A stretch of DNA of 64,000 nt from Sphingobacteriales bacterium (GTDB lineage Bacteria; Bacteroidota; Bacteroidia; CAILMK01; JAAYUY01), in NCBI GenBank assembly GCA_012517435.1, contig JAAYUY010000076.1:1609-65608 (forward strand), read 5' to 3'. A program made the translations under genes and the position numbers. This document shows positions 11,201 to 26,200 of the stretch, piece after piece (within the stretch, counting starts at the first letter, position 1; every line of letters begins with the position of its first letter). The notes under the pieces are model-generated. The model worked only from the letters and a program-made list of their open reading frames with translations, was not told where the DNA came from and did no database searches.

Positions 11201-14200
11201 GTTCCGGCTGTGCTGTATGTCTTGGCAGGTGGATTCTGACTGGTGGAAGTCGTTCCGTCTCCAAAAGTCCAGTAATAGCTCGTAATGGTACCTGATGTTA
11301 CTGAAGAGTTATCTGTATAGGTAAAGCTGTTGCCACTCAGACATTGTTTATTGTCATCTATGGTAAAGTCAGCTACAGGCTGCGGATCGACTGTTACCTG
11401 TTTCGTGATGCTGTCTTTACAGCCATTGTTCGTGGTTGCCACCAGTTTTACATTATAAGTACCGGCTAAGCTGTAGGTGATTCCTGACGGATTCTGGCTG
11501 GTCGAAGTGTTCCCATTGCCAAAGGTCCAGCTCCAGCCACTGACACTGCCACTCGATACGGTGCTGCCATCGGTAAAGCTGAAGCTGTTTCCGCTCAGAC
11601 ACTGCTTGTCGTCAGCTATGCTGAAGTCGGCTACCGGCTGCGGATCGACTGTTACCTGTTTCGTGATGCTGTCTTTACAGCCGTTGTTCGTGGTAACTAC
11701 CAGTTTTACATTATATGTTCCGGCTGTACTGTATGTCTTGGCAGGAGGATTCTGACTGGTGGAAGTCGTTCCGTCTCCAAATGTCCAGTAATAGCTCGTA
11801 ATCGTGCCTGATGACACTGATGAATTATCAGTATAGGTAAAGCTGTTGCCACTCAGACATTGTTTATTGTCATCTATGGTAAAGTCTGCTACCGGCTGCG
11901 GATCGACTGTTACCTGTTTCGTAATGCTGTCTTTACAGCCGTTGTTGGTCGTTGCTACCAACTTGACATTGTAAGTACCAGCTACACTATAGGTGATTCC
12001 TGACGGATTCTGGCTGGTCGATGTGTTCCCGTTGCCAAATGTCCAGCTCCAGCCACTGACACTGCCACTCGACACGGTGCTGCCATCGGTAAAGCTGAAA
12101 CTGTTACCGCTCAGACATTGCTTGTCGTCAGCTATGCTGAAGTCGGCTACCGGCTGCGGATCGACTGTTACCTGTTTCGTGATGCTGTCTTTACAGCCAT
12201 TGTTGGTCGTTGCCACCAGCTTGACATTGTATGTGCCGGCTGCACTATAGGTGATTCCTGATGGATTCTGGCTGGTCGAAGTATTCCCATTGCCAAAGGT
12301 CCAGCTCCAGCCACTGACACTGCCGCTCGATACGGTGCTGCCATCGGTAAAGCTGTAACTGTTACCGCTCAGACACTGCTTGTCGTCAGCTATGCTGAAG
12401 TCGGCTACCGGCTGCGGATCGACTGTTACCTGTTTCGTAATACTGTCTTTACAACCGTTGTTCGTGGTAACTACCAGTTTTACATCATAAGTACCGGCTA
12501 AGCTGTAGCTGATTCCTGATGGATTCTGGCTGGTCGAAGTGTTCCCATTGCCAAAAGTCCAGCTCCAGCTTGCAATGCTGCCACTCGACACGGTGCTGCC
12601 ATCGGTAAAGCTGAAGCTGTTCCCGCTCAGACACTGCTTGTCATCAGCTATGCTAAAGCCGGCCACCGGATTCGGATTGGGAGCTATCGTAGCTGTTGCC
12701 GTATCATTGCTGGCATCCGGGTCATTTTGCCCGTTTGGCTTATAGCTGACAGCTACAATATTTTCATTTGATGTAAAGTTATGAATACCAATACTGAATG
12801 TAATACTACTATCGGTCGGTAAGGAGCCTGTCCAGTAATAAGTAGTCTTGGGCACACCGTTGACGCTCCACCTGATGCTATCCTTGGTCAGGTAATTGGC
12901 TCCGTTGTTTTTCAGGGTAACATATACAGCATAATTGCCCGGACAACCCGGAGTGGCAGTAACAGAGACCAGTTGTGCATCATTTTCACGGCCTTCATCG
13001 GCTCCGATATATGGAGCAGAGGTGCTTCTGGTGGCTCCGTCAATATCCGTTGTAACAAAAGAAGTTACCGGGGTACCAGCCTTCATGGTATCTGTTTTTA
13101 CATGAAGATCGGTATTGCTGACAAAATACGGATTTTTGCTGATTGAATTCTGATCAAGGCCGGAGGCTGAATTCCATGTGGCCAGACTTGAATAGTTTGT
13201 GGAATTATAATATACCAGGTCGCTGCCTGTCGTACGAAGGTTATTGTAGTCAAACTGTGTTATGGTAGCTACAGAAGACATCGGGATATAAACTGCATAT
13301 CCTCCTCCGCTGTTGTTGAAAATATTGTTTTTGAAATAAAGACCTGAAGTGGTGGCATACAGGTATAATGCGGAGCTGTTGTTGGCTCCGGTGGTAATGT
13401 TTACTGAATTGTAGTAATAATCTGTATAATGCGAATTGTAGGAATAAATCCCATAATGAGTATATGAAGTACTGCTATTAGTGATTGAAACAAAGTTGTT
13501 GGCTACAAGGTTACGGTTGGCTGCGGTATTGTTGTCTCCGTTAAAGTAATAGAGATAAATTCCATAAGCAGTGTTAAGTCCCTGAAGCTGAATTTTATTG
13601 TTCTGTATCTGGGTCTTGGTGGTTCCGTTGACATAATAAACACTGGAGAAATAAATACCGTATTTGAAATTGGATGAATTGATATCAATGATATTGTTGT
13701 TGAACTTATTCCCGTAATAGCAGTTGATAGCATATATACCATAAGAAGCTACATTGATGGAATTGTAACTTACATCAGAAGTATAGGCTATCTGATTGAT
13801 ATTAATACCGTAAAAACCTACAACTGGTGAAGATATGGTATTATTGGTGATGGAAATACCTCTTTGCTGATTGACATTAATACCCTGATAGGTAAAGTTT
13901 TTAATGGTATTGTAATCAATCTTGTTCCCATAAACGACCGGATAACTATATCCATTCATCACCACACCGTTATAGCCATTTTCAATGGTATTGTATTGAA
14001 CCTCATCATATTGGCAATAGTTTCCTGAACCGGTTCCGACAAAAGAAACCACATCAGAATTGTTTCCATTCACGCTGGTCGAACTGCTAATAATATGGTT
14101 ATATTTTATTTTGACATAATTGGCTGAGTTGGTGGCGTAAATAACCCTGTTATACGTATTGGAAGTATTGCGGATGGTCAGGTACTGGAAGGTAATGTAA

Positions 14201-17200
14201 TCGGTACCATTGAGGCTGATTACATAGTTGGTGGATGAAGTAGAGTTGCCGTATGTCAATATAACCTTTGAAGTATCATTATCTTCCGACTTGAAAGTAA
14301 TGGTATTGACAGCTGAAGCACCCGGAATCTGTCCGAGTTCAAACTGCTCGTTATAAGTTCCGGCTCTGACATTAAAGGTTACCGGCCCGCGCACACCGCA
14401 GTTATTAAGGAAAAATGCAGCATCGGAGAAGGTGGCAAAATTGGGGGAAGTACCACCAATGGTATAATTACCGGACAATGCGGCACAAATGTAGCCTGTG
14501 GCTGTATCATTGGCGGGTTTGTTGTCTGTCGTGGCATTTGGTTCACTGGTGTTGGCCACAATGGTATAGAGAATACCATCTGAAACACTCACATTTCCAA
14601 GACTTTGCGTTGCGGTTTGTCCGCTTGTCAGTGAGCCGCCCCATGCTTGCTGGCTCTGAGCCGTACCATTGACTTTCCAATTGACTTTTGCACTGGTCAA
14701 GGTATTCAGACCATAGTTTTTAATGGTTGCTGAAATGCTCTTGGTACCAGGGGCATATGGCGGTGTAGGACCTGTAATGGCATACACGCCTGCATCATTG
14801 TTGACAGGCACTGTACCTGAAATATTAATATCATCAAAGATAACTGCTTCATTACCTAACTGATAACGTGATTTATAGGAAAATTTAAGTTGCGTGGTAC
14901 CTGATACCGATTGCCCTGCATTCCGTAATACATCACTGATACTTGCAGAAGCATTTTTCCATGTCATATCGCCAGCACGATTGGCACTGATATCATATAA
15001 TAAAACCCATGGTGTAGAAGGATCATTATTTCCTCTTACCCAAACTCCATCTTCAGCAGAATATTGGCGATACATCTGATACATGTACCAGAAAGAAATA
15101 TCCAGGTCAGTAGCTCCAACATAGTTGCTGAGATTCAGGGTAAGAATCAGATTACCAACTGCCCAGCTATTGAAAACAGCATTATCGATCAATGCAGCAT
15201 AAGCGCCTCCGGTCGTGTGATTATAAACCGAACCTGCATTCATTTGCAGACGCGACTGATCAGTGGGTGCAGGAACTGATTCAAACTGCCATTCTTCCAA
15301 TCCACTTCCATTGAGCGGCCTTGTTGAAGCGGTGTAGGTATATGGTGTTGTGGCGGTTTCAAAATCTTCACTATACGGCAAGGTAAGCGGCAACATATTG
15401 ACCATTCGGCTTCCTGTCGGATTTTGATCTGTTGTCGGATACAAAGAACCATTGACAGAAATACTGTTTGCTTTTATTTTGGCATCTACTGTATTAAACC
15501 AGACTGCATTCGAAGTAATGTCATAGGTGATCCAGAGATATGTTGTTGAATTGCCCGGTAAATCATAATTAATAGAATTCCATTTCACTGAGCCTCCGGA
15601 AAGTACTTTTCCCGTACCAACAGGAACGGCTGTTGAGAAGGTTGGCGTTGTGGTCCGGAACAACCTGACCGTGTCAATATCGCTGTTTGAAGTATTGACG
15701 GCAGTAACCTCCAGTGAATCAAGATAGAGGTTGCTGGTGGTTCCATTTACAACAAAGTCAAGCCTTAATACAGGATAATAGTTGGAATCCCTGTAAACAT
15801 CATCTGTCGAGGGCTGAACATATTCAATACGGCTGAGCACCTTATCATTGGTTATTTTTCTGAAGCCTGCAGGAGCAGTAACGGTATTTATTCTGGCCGT
15901 ATCATCAACGATAACCGTATCACATTCAGCATCAATGGTGTCGCCTATATTGGCTCCGCTCTTTACGTCATAAGCAAGCCAGAAATAGTTGGTACCTGCC
16001 TGGAGTTCCTGTGTTCCGGTAATGATAAACCGGCCATTGGGTGCACTGACCGTACTGCCAAACTGATTGGCAATGCTGAAATTATTACTGGTTCCTGTAT
16101 AGTACAATCTTGCATTTTGAATGTTGGTGGTGGGTGAATTGGTTCCGTTGGTGGTGAAAGAGAATTTGCTGGCAGAAATAGCACTATCCTCTCCGCTTGT
16201 AACAACCTGAATACCAAGAATCTGGTTGTAGGAAGAACCCGGAGTCACATTGCTGGTAACACTTTGCGTGGTCGTGGAAGACACATATTTCATGGCCGGC
16301 CTGATTTCATCGGCACCAATAGTAGGTGTGGAAGTACTGCGGCTGTGTCCGTCAATATCTGTATTGACATAAGTAACCGGGGTTCCTGCATTGAGCTGGG
16401 TGTTCCATGTATGCAGGTCATTTGCACTCCAGAACGATGGATTGTAGTTTTTGGAATTGGCTTCGAATGGTGTTACTGCTGTCTGCCAGTTGGCAAAACT
16501 GGTATAGGATGAACCATTCAGATAGCCAATATAGGTTCCGGTAGCATATATGTTATTGTAATCAGAAGCCTGAGGAACATAGCTGGAAGCAATATATACA
16601 GCATAACCTCCGCCTGTATTGGAAGCTATATTGTTGTAGAAATAATTGTAAGTGTTTGTTGATGAGTGATTAAAATACAAGGCGGCAGAAGAGGTGGAAC
16701 CATTGCGGATGCTGATGCTGTTGTGAATAAAATCTGTATTGTTACAGCTGGTGTACTGCACTCCGTAACAGGTTCCCGTACCGTTGTACAGCGAAACAAA
16801 GTTATTGGCAATCAACCATCTGTATTCTACACTTGAACCATTACCCTGTAAACTGTTCATGTATATACCTACAGAAGTTGAAGAAGAGGTTGTTCCCTTT
16901 AATATCACCTTGTTCCTCAACACGGTGGGTTTAACCATATTATCATTGTAGTAACAGCTTGTCAGATAGATACCTACCTGAACATAGGTGCTGTTGATGG
17001 TAATCTGGTTATCGTTTACCCTCGGGCCATAGTAACAGGAGGTGAAGTAAATACCGTACTTGGTATTTGAACTTCCATCGAGTAACACAGTGTTTCCGAT
17101 GGCTTCTGTCTGGTAATAACACTGGGTGATATAAATACCATAGTTTATATATGTATTGTTGGTTCTGACCGTATTGTAATCGGCTTTGGCAGCTTTCTGG

Positions 17201-20200
17201 TTGTAAATAAACACACCATAGTAGTAGAAACTATCAACAAGGTTGTAATTGAATACATTGCCTTCGGAATAGCTCGGGGAATAGCCACCCCACCTGAAGC
17301 CATAAGAACCGTATTTCACCACATTATAGGTAAATGTATTAAAGGTGCAATGTGTGCTTTGTGATGTATAATAAGAATAGACAACTGCATTGGCATCACT
17401 TGTATTGGTGGAATAATAACCAATAAAGATATTGGAGGTGAAGGTATTGTAGTTGGCCTGGTTGGTCAGGTCAACGACTCTTGAATAGGTAGTACCAAGG
17501 GCTTTGATGGTCATTTTCCGGATGATGATATAATCAGCTCCGTCAAGCTTAATGGTATAATTGGCAGTGCTTAAAGTAGCGGAATATTGCAGTGTAACCT
17601 TTGTACTGTCATTGCTTTCACTCTGGAAAGTAATGGTATTGGTAGCCGAAGAACCGGTGATGGATGGAATAACCACCTGCTCGGTATAAACACCATTTCT
17701 GACATTAAAGACGACAGGGCCGCAAATACCCTGCGTGCTTAAAGCAGTTACAGCTGCGTTAAATGAAGCGAAATCAGGACTTGTGCCGCCAATCGTGTAG
17801 GTCCCGCTCATCCCCCTGTAAATATTATTCCCATAAACCGTATCATTTCCTGTTTGAGTCTCAGCATACTGTCCGTTGAAATAAGAAACATATACCTTGA
17901 AATTGTAGGCTGTATTTGTACTCAAAGTGTATTGTCCGATAACAACCTGTGCGGTATCTCCGAAACTGAGATTTCCTGTCCATGCATAAGGTGTTTGTGC
18001 CACCCCGTTAACAGTCCACCTGATGGTATCACTGGTAAGCGCTGCAGTTCCAAAGTTTTTGATGGTTACTTTTACATCGGCCGTAGCGGCACAACTCGGA
18101 TGAACCGGGCTAAGAATTGCAATAATTCCGGCATCTCTGGCGATGGGTTTCAATTCATAGGCTCCTATGGTCGGAGTGTAACGGGTACTGTCGAAAATAT
18201 CGGTAGAAATGCCTAGTCCGGTAACTCCGCGGTTGAGTGAATAATTGGAATGGCTTAAATCGGTGTTGCTGACAAATCCCGGATCAATATTGACTGAATT
18301 GGCATCCCAGCCTGAGCCAGCCTGCCAGGCACTTAGCGTGGTATAGTTTGTTCCATTGTTGCATAAGTACAATGAATTGGTATAGAGATCATTATAATCG
18401 CAGGATGCTACATAATCATTGGGTGACAAATAAATAGCATAGCTGTTTTTGTTTACAACAATATTGTTTTTGACATTGTTATAGTAATTGCTGCTTCCGG
18501 ATAAATACAAACCTGCATTGGAAGTTGTATTTGATGGTCCTGCCTGAACATTTACGCTGTTGTGATAAATGTTGACGTATTGACTTGAATATACAGCAAG
18601 TCCGTAAACTGCACTCGAAGTATTGCTCCCGTAAATAGAGATGTAGTTGTTAAACACAGCGAAAGGCACAGATGAATTACCAGAACAACTGTTCATATAC
18701 AAGCCGTAATCACTACCAGGTCCTTTCAGGAAGATTCTGTTTCTCGAAATTTCGGAGCCAGTGCTACCTGTCGAAGTATTGCTGTTAATCAGATAAATTC
18801 CATATTCACCGGTTATAAGCGACCTGCTTCTGATCAGGTTTCTCTGAATTTTTATATCATACTGATAATAAGAATATATCCCGTAAGTGTAGAAGGAATC
18901 AATGGTATTACTGATGAAGGCATTTCTGTATTCGTAAGGGGAAGCATCTCCAAACCAGTAGATGGCATAGGAGCCATATTTGATGGTGTTCCCCTGAATG
19001 GTAATATCGTTACAGGTATTGGCCCCTGAAGAATAATTATAGATAACGGTATAGATATCACTGGACGACAGGAATGTCGAACCGTAAATCTTGTTGTTCA
19101 GAATGGTAATACTATCATTGTTTCCTTTAAACTCAATTACTCTTCCGTAAGCCGAAGAGCTGGTCTGGATTTTAAGGCCTTTAATGGTGATACATTTGGC
19201 ACCATTGAACCGTAAGACATAATTGGTCAGAGAGGATGACGGAGCATAGGTCAAAACGGCATCATAGGTATTTGCCGGATCGTTCTGGAAAGTAACCGAG
19301 CGGGACTGGATAGCACCAGGAATGGCTGGTATTTCAATCTGTTCATAATAAGTACCCTGGCGTACATTAAAGACAACATTTCCGCAAACACCATAGGTAA
19401 CCAAAGCATTGACGGCTTCAGTAAAGCTGGAATAATCGGGTGAACTGCCACCGATGGTATAGGTGCCGCTTAAGCCTGTTCTGATTCCTGCTGAAGTGCT
19501 TGTGTCGTTTGTCGGATTGCCATCTGCCTGCGTACCGTTGAAATAGGAAGGATAAGCCTTGATTGTATAGCTGTTTCCGGCTGTGAAACTATAGGCTCCT
19601 ATGTTCACATTGGCCGTCTGGCCTGAAGCCAGTGAGCCTGTCCATGCATAAGGTGTCTGAGCTGTACCGTTGATGCTCCAGCGGATGGTATCACTGGTCA
19701 GTGTTGTGCTACCAAAGTTTTTAAGGGTAACGGTAACATTCCCTGTCAGGGCACATAAGGGCACTACCGGATTCAGGATGGCTGTAATTCCGGCATCATA
19801 GGCCGGCTGAATGTATTCATAAGCACCCACTGTCGGGCTGATCCTTGTGGTTCCGAATATATCGGTAGTAACACCCGTCCCTGTAACGCCAAAATTCATG
19901 GTTGAACTATAATGCCTTAAATCGGTATTTGAATAAAATGACGGATCAAGATCCTTTGAATGATCATCCCATGGGGAATTGAGAATCCACTGGCTTAAAG
20001 AAGACTGATAGCCATAAGTCCCTGAATAAATGAAATAGTTACCATTGGTATAATAATCATTGTAATCACAGGCTGAAAGATAGTTGTCGGGATACAGATA
20101 CAAAGCTAACCCCTGATTTTTATGAACACCAATGTTATTAACAAATTCATTGTATTGACTGCTGCTTCCATACAGATAATAACAGGCTGAAGCAGACGAG

Positions 20201-23200
20201 TTTGCCTGACCGGCCAGCAGGTTAACCGAGTTGTGATATAATTTGTTGTAACTACTGTAATATAAATAAATACCATAAGTGGTACTGGTAGTCCCTCCTG
20301 TGATGGATACAAAGTTATTGTTAACCGGAATAGCCTTTGTTGAATTTGAACGGCAATAATTCATATATATGCCATAGTTTGTCTGGGTCGAGCGTAACAT
20401 GATATTGTTACCGGTAATGGCAAGGGATGTATCGCAATAATAAAGGTAAAGTCCATATTCCGTACTGTAAACGCCACGGCTCCTCAGGGTGTTTTTATCC
20501 AAAGTCAGGTAGCAATGGTAATAGAAATACATCCCCATATAGTAGAATGAATCCAGGGTGTTACCGGTGAAATTATTTGTCCTTTCAGGATCAGAGGTGG
20601 AATTACCCATCAGGTAAACGCCATAGGATCCATATTTCATCGTATTGTTGGTGATATTGGAACGGTGTAACTGATTGCCTGATGTTCCATACAGCAATGC
20701 CAGATTGGTAGAAGCCCAGTTTCCTGATGCAGCATTTCCGGTACCTTCTATCCAGTTGCTGTCGAGGGTGAGATATTCATTAGCACCGGTAAAATTAAAT
20801 ACAGTTCCGTAAATGGTGCTTGTATTGATAAATTTAATCTTCTTGAACGTAATATAACTGGTTGCATTGAACCTGACAATCCAGTTGGTGCTTCCTGTTC
20901 CGGCATAGGTAAGTACCGGCATCTGGGAGTTGCTGTAATCAGAACGGAAGGTAACTGTATTGGATGAAGAAATACCTGAAATGGCTGGTATTGTAATTTG
21001 CTCATTATAGGTTCCCTGCCTGACCAGGAAGGTTACCGGCCCGCATACTCCATAAGTCTGAAGTGCAGTTACTGCTTCGGTGAAGGAGGAGAAGGTCGGG
21101 CTGACGCCACCGATGGTCAGTGTGCCGCTAAGTTTCTGCAATATTCTGTTCTTGTACAGATCATTGGAAGTATTGTTATCCGTGCTGTTGTTGGGGTCTT
21201 CTGTCCATGCATACAGGGTATCTCCGTAATTCATGTTGATACTTCCTGCAAATGCATAATCGTAATAGCCATTCGAAAGAATAGTGGTAACAACTTTAAC
21301 TGATGTAACAGTACCGTTGTAATTCACTTTGTATTTTACCCACACGGAATCAATGGTAGCTGTTCCGTAGTTTTTGATTCTGACAGTTGGGGTAACACTT
21401 CCCGGACAAACTGCCGATGAGGGGCTGACAATGGCTGAAATACCTGCATCCAGTGTGGCTACATTATATTCATCAGCACCCGGATCAGGAGTTGAAGCAT
21501 TTCTGCTTTCATTGTCGATGTCGTCTGCAACTAACCATGACAAACCTACTCCTTTATTATTCATGTTGGTATTTGACGCATGAAGATTGGTGGAAGAGAC
21601 AAAATTTGGATTGTAGTTTACTGCACTTGAATCTTTGGCTGTGGCTGTTTTCCATGCAGCAAGGTCTGTTCTGGCTCCTCCCCAATAACCCAGGTAGGTT
21701 CCAGTTGTATAATAGTTGTTATTGTTCATCCATCTGATTGCAGTATTGGTGCTGTAATAAGCACAATATCCCGCTGCAGTATTCACAAAATTGTTGTTTA
21801 CCACATCCACACTATTGGTAACCTGAACACCGGTTACATAAAATGCATAATATGATGATGATGATGATGCGACATGTATGGTATTGTGTACAAAATCAGT
21901 ATAGCCCGGGGATGAAAAATATACAGCATAAGCATAACCAGAAGGATTATTGGTCAGACTGATAAAGTTATTGGCTATCAGGTTTTTGTACGTCATGCTG
22001 TTTCCCCATCCTGAAATATAATATAAACCGTATTGATATATATAATAACTGCTATTTCCTATCAACCTGACATTGTTTTTCAGTACGGTACTCTTTTGTG
22101 AACCGTAAGCAGAATCCATGCTTTGCAGATAAATACCATATTGATAATAAGCAGTTGTTGTTCCTGTATAAGTCAGGGTGATGTCGTTTTTGTTTACCTG
22201 ATTCCCGCTGTAGGGATAGTACAAACTGATGCCATATTGATAATAAGTTCCGCTGATGGATATGGTATTGTTGTTAAACTGATTACCAAAATAGGAATAA
22301 TATGAATAAATACCGTATCCCGTTGAGGTTGTTCCTGTTGTGGTAATAGTGTTATTATTCACCTGGCATCCGTAATAAAAATAATATGTATAAATGGGAT
22401 AATAAGCAGCCGCAGAGGGGGACTGCAAAATATTGTTATTAATTTTTATTCCTCTCTGGTTGTAAGCATAAATGCCATAATAGTAAAAGTCTTTGCAAAC
22501 ATTGTATTCAATTACATTGTTCCATGTATAAAGATTCAGTGAGGCATTGGTATAACCATTCAGGTAAATACTTGCGGAACCGTTTTCAATTCTGTTGTAA
22601 CGGATGGTAACATTCTGAACCCTGTAATTGGCCATTGAGCCGTCTGAATAAATGACAGCATAGCCTGTTCCGCTGCTTGTCGTGGAAACACCTACCAGGC
22701 GGTTGTTCAGAATATATATTGAATCTGTTCCGTTGGCAATATCTATGACTCTGTTGTATCCGCTTGTGGAGTTGTTCCAGATGGTCAAATAGCGAAGAAT
22801 AATATGGCTGGTATTGAAAAGTTGTACAATGTACTGCCCGTATTGTGTGGTAGCGTCATAATAAATAGTTACCTTGGAACTGTCGAGGGCTTCCGACTGG
22901 AAGGTGATGGTATTGGTAGCAGAGGCTCCTGAAATGGCTGGAATGCTGAACTGTTCGGTATAGGTGCCATTTCTGGCATTGAATACCACAGGCCCGCACA
23001 CACCATTGGCTATCAGGGCATTTACTGCAGCTGTAAAGGTCGGATAGTCCGGAGAAGTTCCGCCTATGGTATAATTTCCACTCATTCCCCGCTGTATGCC
23101 GGTAACGTTCAGGGTATCGTTACCGGGATTAATATCTGCTATGGTTCCATTGATGTAAGAATGATATACTTTGAAAGTATAACTGCTTCCTGTATTGATA

Positions 23201-26200
23201 TTGTATGTTCCAAGTACCACCTGTTCTGTATCTCCCGGTATCAGTAGTCCGGTCCATGCCACCGGTGTCTGGCTTACTCCGTTCACTTCCCAGCGAATGG
23301 TGTCGCTGGTAATGTTGTAAGTTCCCAGATTCTTTATTACCACCTTAACTGTCTGCGAAGTTGAACAGATTGGTTTGACAGGTGACAGCAGTTGTGTCAC
23401 ACTCAGATCATAACCACTTGATGGTTTTTCATAGGCTCCGATGGTAGGAGCAATTCTTGCAGAATCAAAAATATCAACTGTTATACCCAGTCCGCCAACA
23501 CCTACATTCAGGTTATTGTTGTTGTGTCGGAGATCGGTATTGCTATAGAAACCCGGAACCTCAACAATGGAATGGGCATCCTGCAGCGTTCCGGCTCTCC
23601 ATTGCGAAATGGTATTGTAAAATGTGGAATTGGCATATCCGATAAAGGTTGCATAGAAACAGTTATAATCGCTTGCTGATACATAATCTATCGGGCTCAG
23701 ATACATGCAAATGCTGTTGCCATTGTATAAAATATTGTTTTTTACGATATTGTTGGAATTAGTACTTCCTGATAAATACATACAGGTGTTACCTGTTGTT
23801 CCTGCTGAGCCAACCACAATGTTTATGCTGTTGTGGTAATATTTGTGCCATGTACAACCAGATGAGTAAATACCATAGTTTGACCCTGTACTTGTGCCGG
23901 TATGTGATATGAAGTTATTGGCAATCAGACCGGGGGATGATAGTGTCCCGATGCCCTGGATGATATACATCCCATAATTCGTGCTGGTGGACCTGACCTG
24001 TACGTTATTTTGGGTAATTTCCAGTGCATTGTAACAATAATAAGCATAAATTCCATATTCAGTGCTGTATGCCCCCATTCCTCTTATTGTGTTTTTATTG
24101 ATTTTCAGGTTGCTCTGATAATAATTATATAACCCATAATAATAGAAGGAGTCAATCAGGTTGCCGGTAATTTCATTGGCTTCTTCCATATCAGACGAAC
24201 TGACTCCATAGGTATAAATACTATAAGAGCCATATTTAATCACATTATTCTTGATTTTATTGTAATTTGCCTTATTGGCAGTAGAAGTATTGTGATAAAC
24301 AACTGCCTGTGATGTTGATGTAGTTGAACCAATATATCCGTATAAATAGCAGCTTTCAACGGTATTATAATTTGTCAGTCCCTGGAATACAACTACATTT
24401 GCGTAGGTTGTCCCCAATGCATAGAGTTTCATTCCTTTCCATGTTACATAATCTGCTTCATAAAAGCGAAGTACCCAGTTATCGCCTGTTCCTGTAGCTG
24501 AATAGTTAATAATAACCGGATTGGTATTGGCCGGGTCAGGCTGGAAGACAATATAATTGGTAAGCGAAGCACCGTTGATTTGCGGAATGGTAATCTGAGT
24601 ATTGTAAGTTCCTTCTCTGACATAAAAAATAGTCGGGCCGCAAACACCCTTGTTGGTGAGATCTGTAATGGCATCATTAAAGGTAGCATAATCGGGGCTT
24701 GACCCTCCGATGGTATAAATGCCGCTCATCCCTAACTGGGCAATAGTTACAACAGCAGTAGCAGTATCATTATAAATATTCGGGTCTGTCTGAGTGTTGT
24801 TGATGACCTTGCCTACCCAAGCCTTGACGGTGTAGGTTTGTGAGACGGTAAATGAATAAGTTCCGATGGTAACATTTGTGCTGTTTCCGGAAGCCAGTGT
24901 ACCACTCCATACATAAGGAGTTTGTGCAGTTCCGTTTACCGACCAGAAAATGGTATCATGGGTTAATGTCTGTAAACCATAGTTGTTAAGGGTAACAATA
25001 ACGGAAGAACCGCAGAAAGGAACAGATGGAGACACGATGGCTGAAATACCGGCATCATAGGAAGGTGTTTTGTATTCATAAGCCCCAACTGTAGGTGTAA
25101 CCCTCACAGTATCATAGATATCTGTGGTAATTCCAAGTCCGGTTTCCCCGAAATTCATGGCATTGCTGAAATGCATAGGACTGTTGACCCATGGGAACTG
25201 CGGGTCAACACTCATTGAATTGGCATCCTGCAGGGAGGTGGATTGCCAGTTGCTCAGGGTGTTGCAGTTGGTACCTCCCCAGTTTCCGAGAATGGTTCCA
25301 TTTGTATAGAAGTCATTATAGTTGCTGCTGGTAAATGTGGCGGTAGATGCCGTATAAATGCAATAACCCGATGATTTGTTGACAAGAAGATTATTCCTCA
25401 GTTTTATGGTATTGTTGGTAATTGGTGTAGAGAAATACATACAGACATTGGAAGTAGAAGATGGTCCGGCATAATTTACCACAGAATTGTGGTAGAAATT
25501 GACATAGTTGGTGTAATAAACATAAAAACCGTAAGCTGTTCCGGTGCCACCGTTAATTGAAACAAAGTTGTTGGCTACCGTATGGGTGTTTGCTAAATCT
25601 GTTCGGCAATAATACATATAAACACCATAAGAAGTATTTGATGAAGTCCGGGTGTGAATTATCTGATTTTGCTGAACACTCACCAGGGTATCACAGTAAT
25701 ATAAATCCAGACCATACAACGTAGTAGCAGATGGCCCGCCTCTGACAATATTTTTATTAATCGTGGTTTTTCTGTTGTAATATAACCACAATCCTTCCTG
25801 ATAGAAAGAGTCAATCAGGTTACCGGATATATTGTTCAGGTATTCATACGTACTTTGAGAGGTACTGTTTCCATACAGATAAATACCATAAGATCCATAT
25901 TTAATGGTATTATTGGTAATGTTGGTATATTCTGTATTGTTCCCGGAACCTGAAAGGTCATAGATAACCGCATAATTGCTTCCGGTACTGGTGGAATAAA
26001 GTCCCTGAAAGATATTGCTGTCGAGGGTAATGTATTTGTTGTTCCCCTGAAATTTTACAACATTTGCATAACCAGTTACAGAATTATTTATTATTTTCAG
26101 TTTCTTTACGGTAATATAATTTGCCCCATTGAACATGATCACATAAGGAAAGCTTGAAGTTCCTGCATAATAAATTACAGGAGTAGTGCTGTTGGCCGGA

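Noticed and set aside
10612-12676. Possible CRISPR array suggested by regular short-period repeats
   Set aside because: The repeat units are 258 bp, in-frame, and encode complete PKD domains inside one long ORF. There is no short repeat-spacer architecture and no cas genes.
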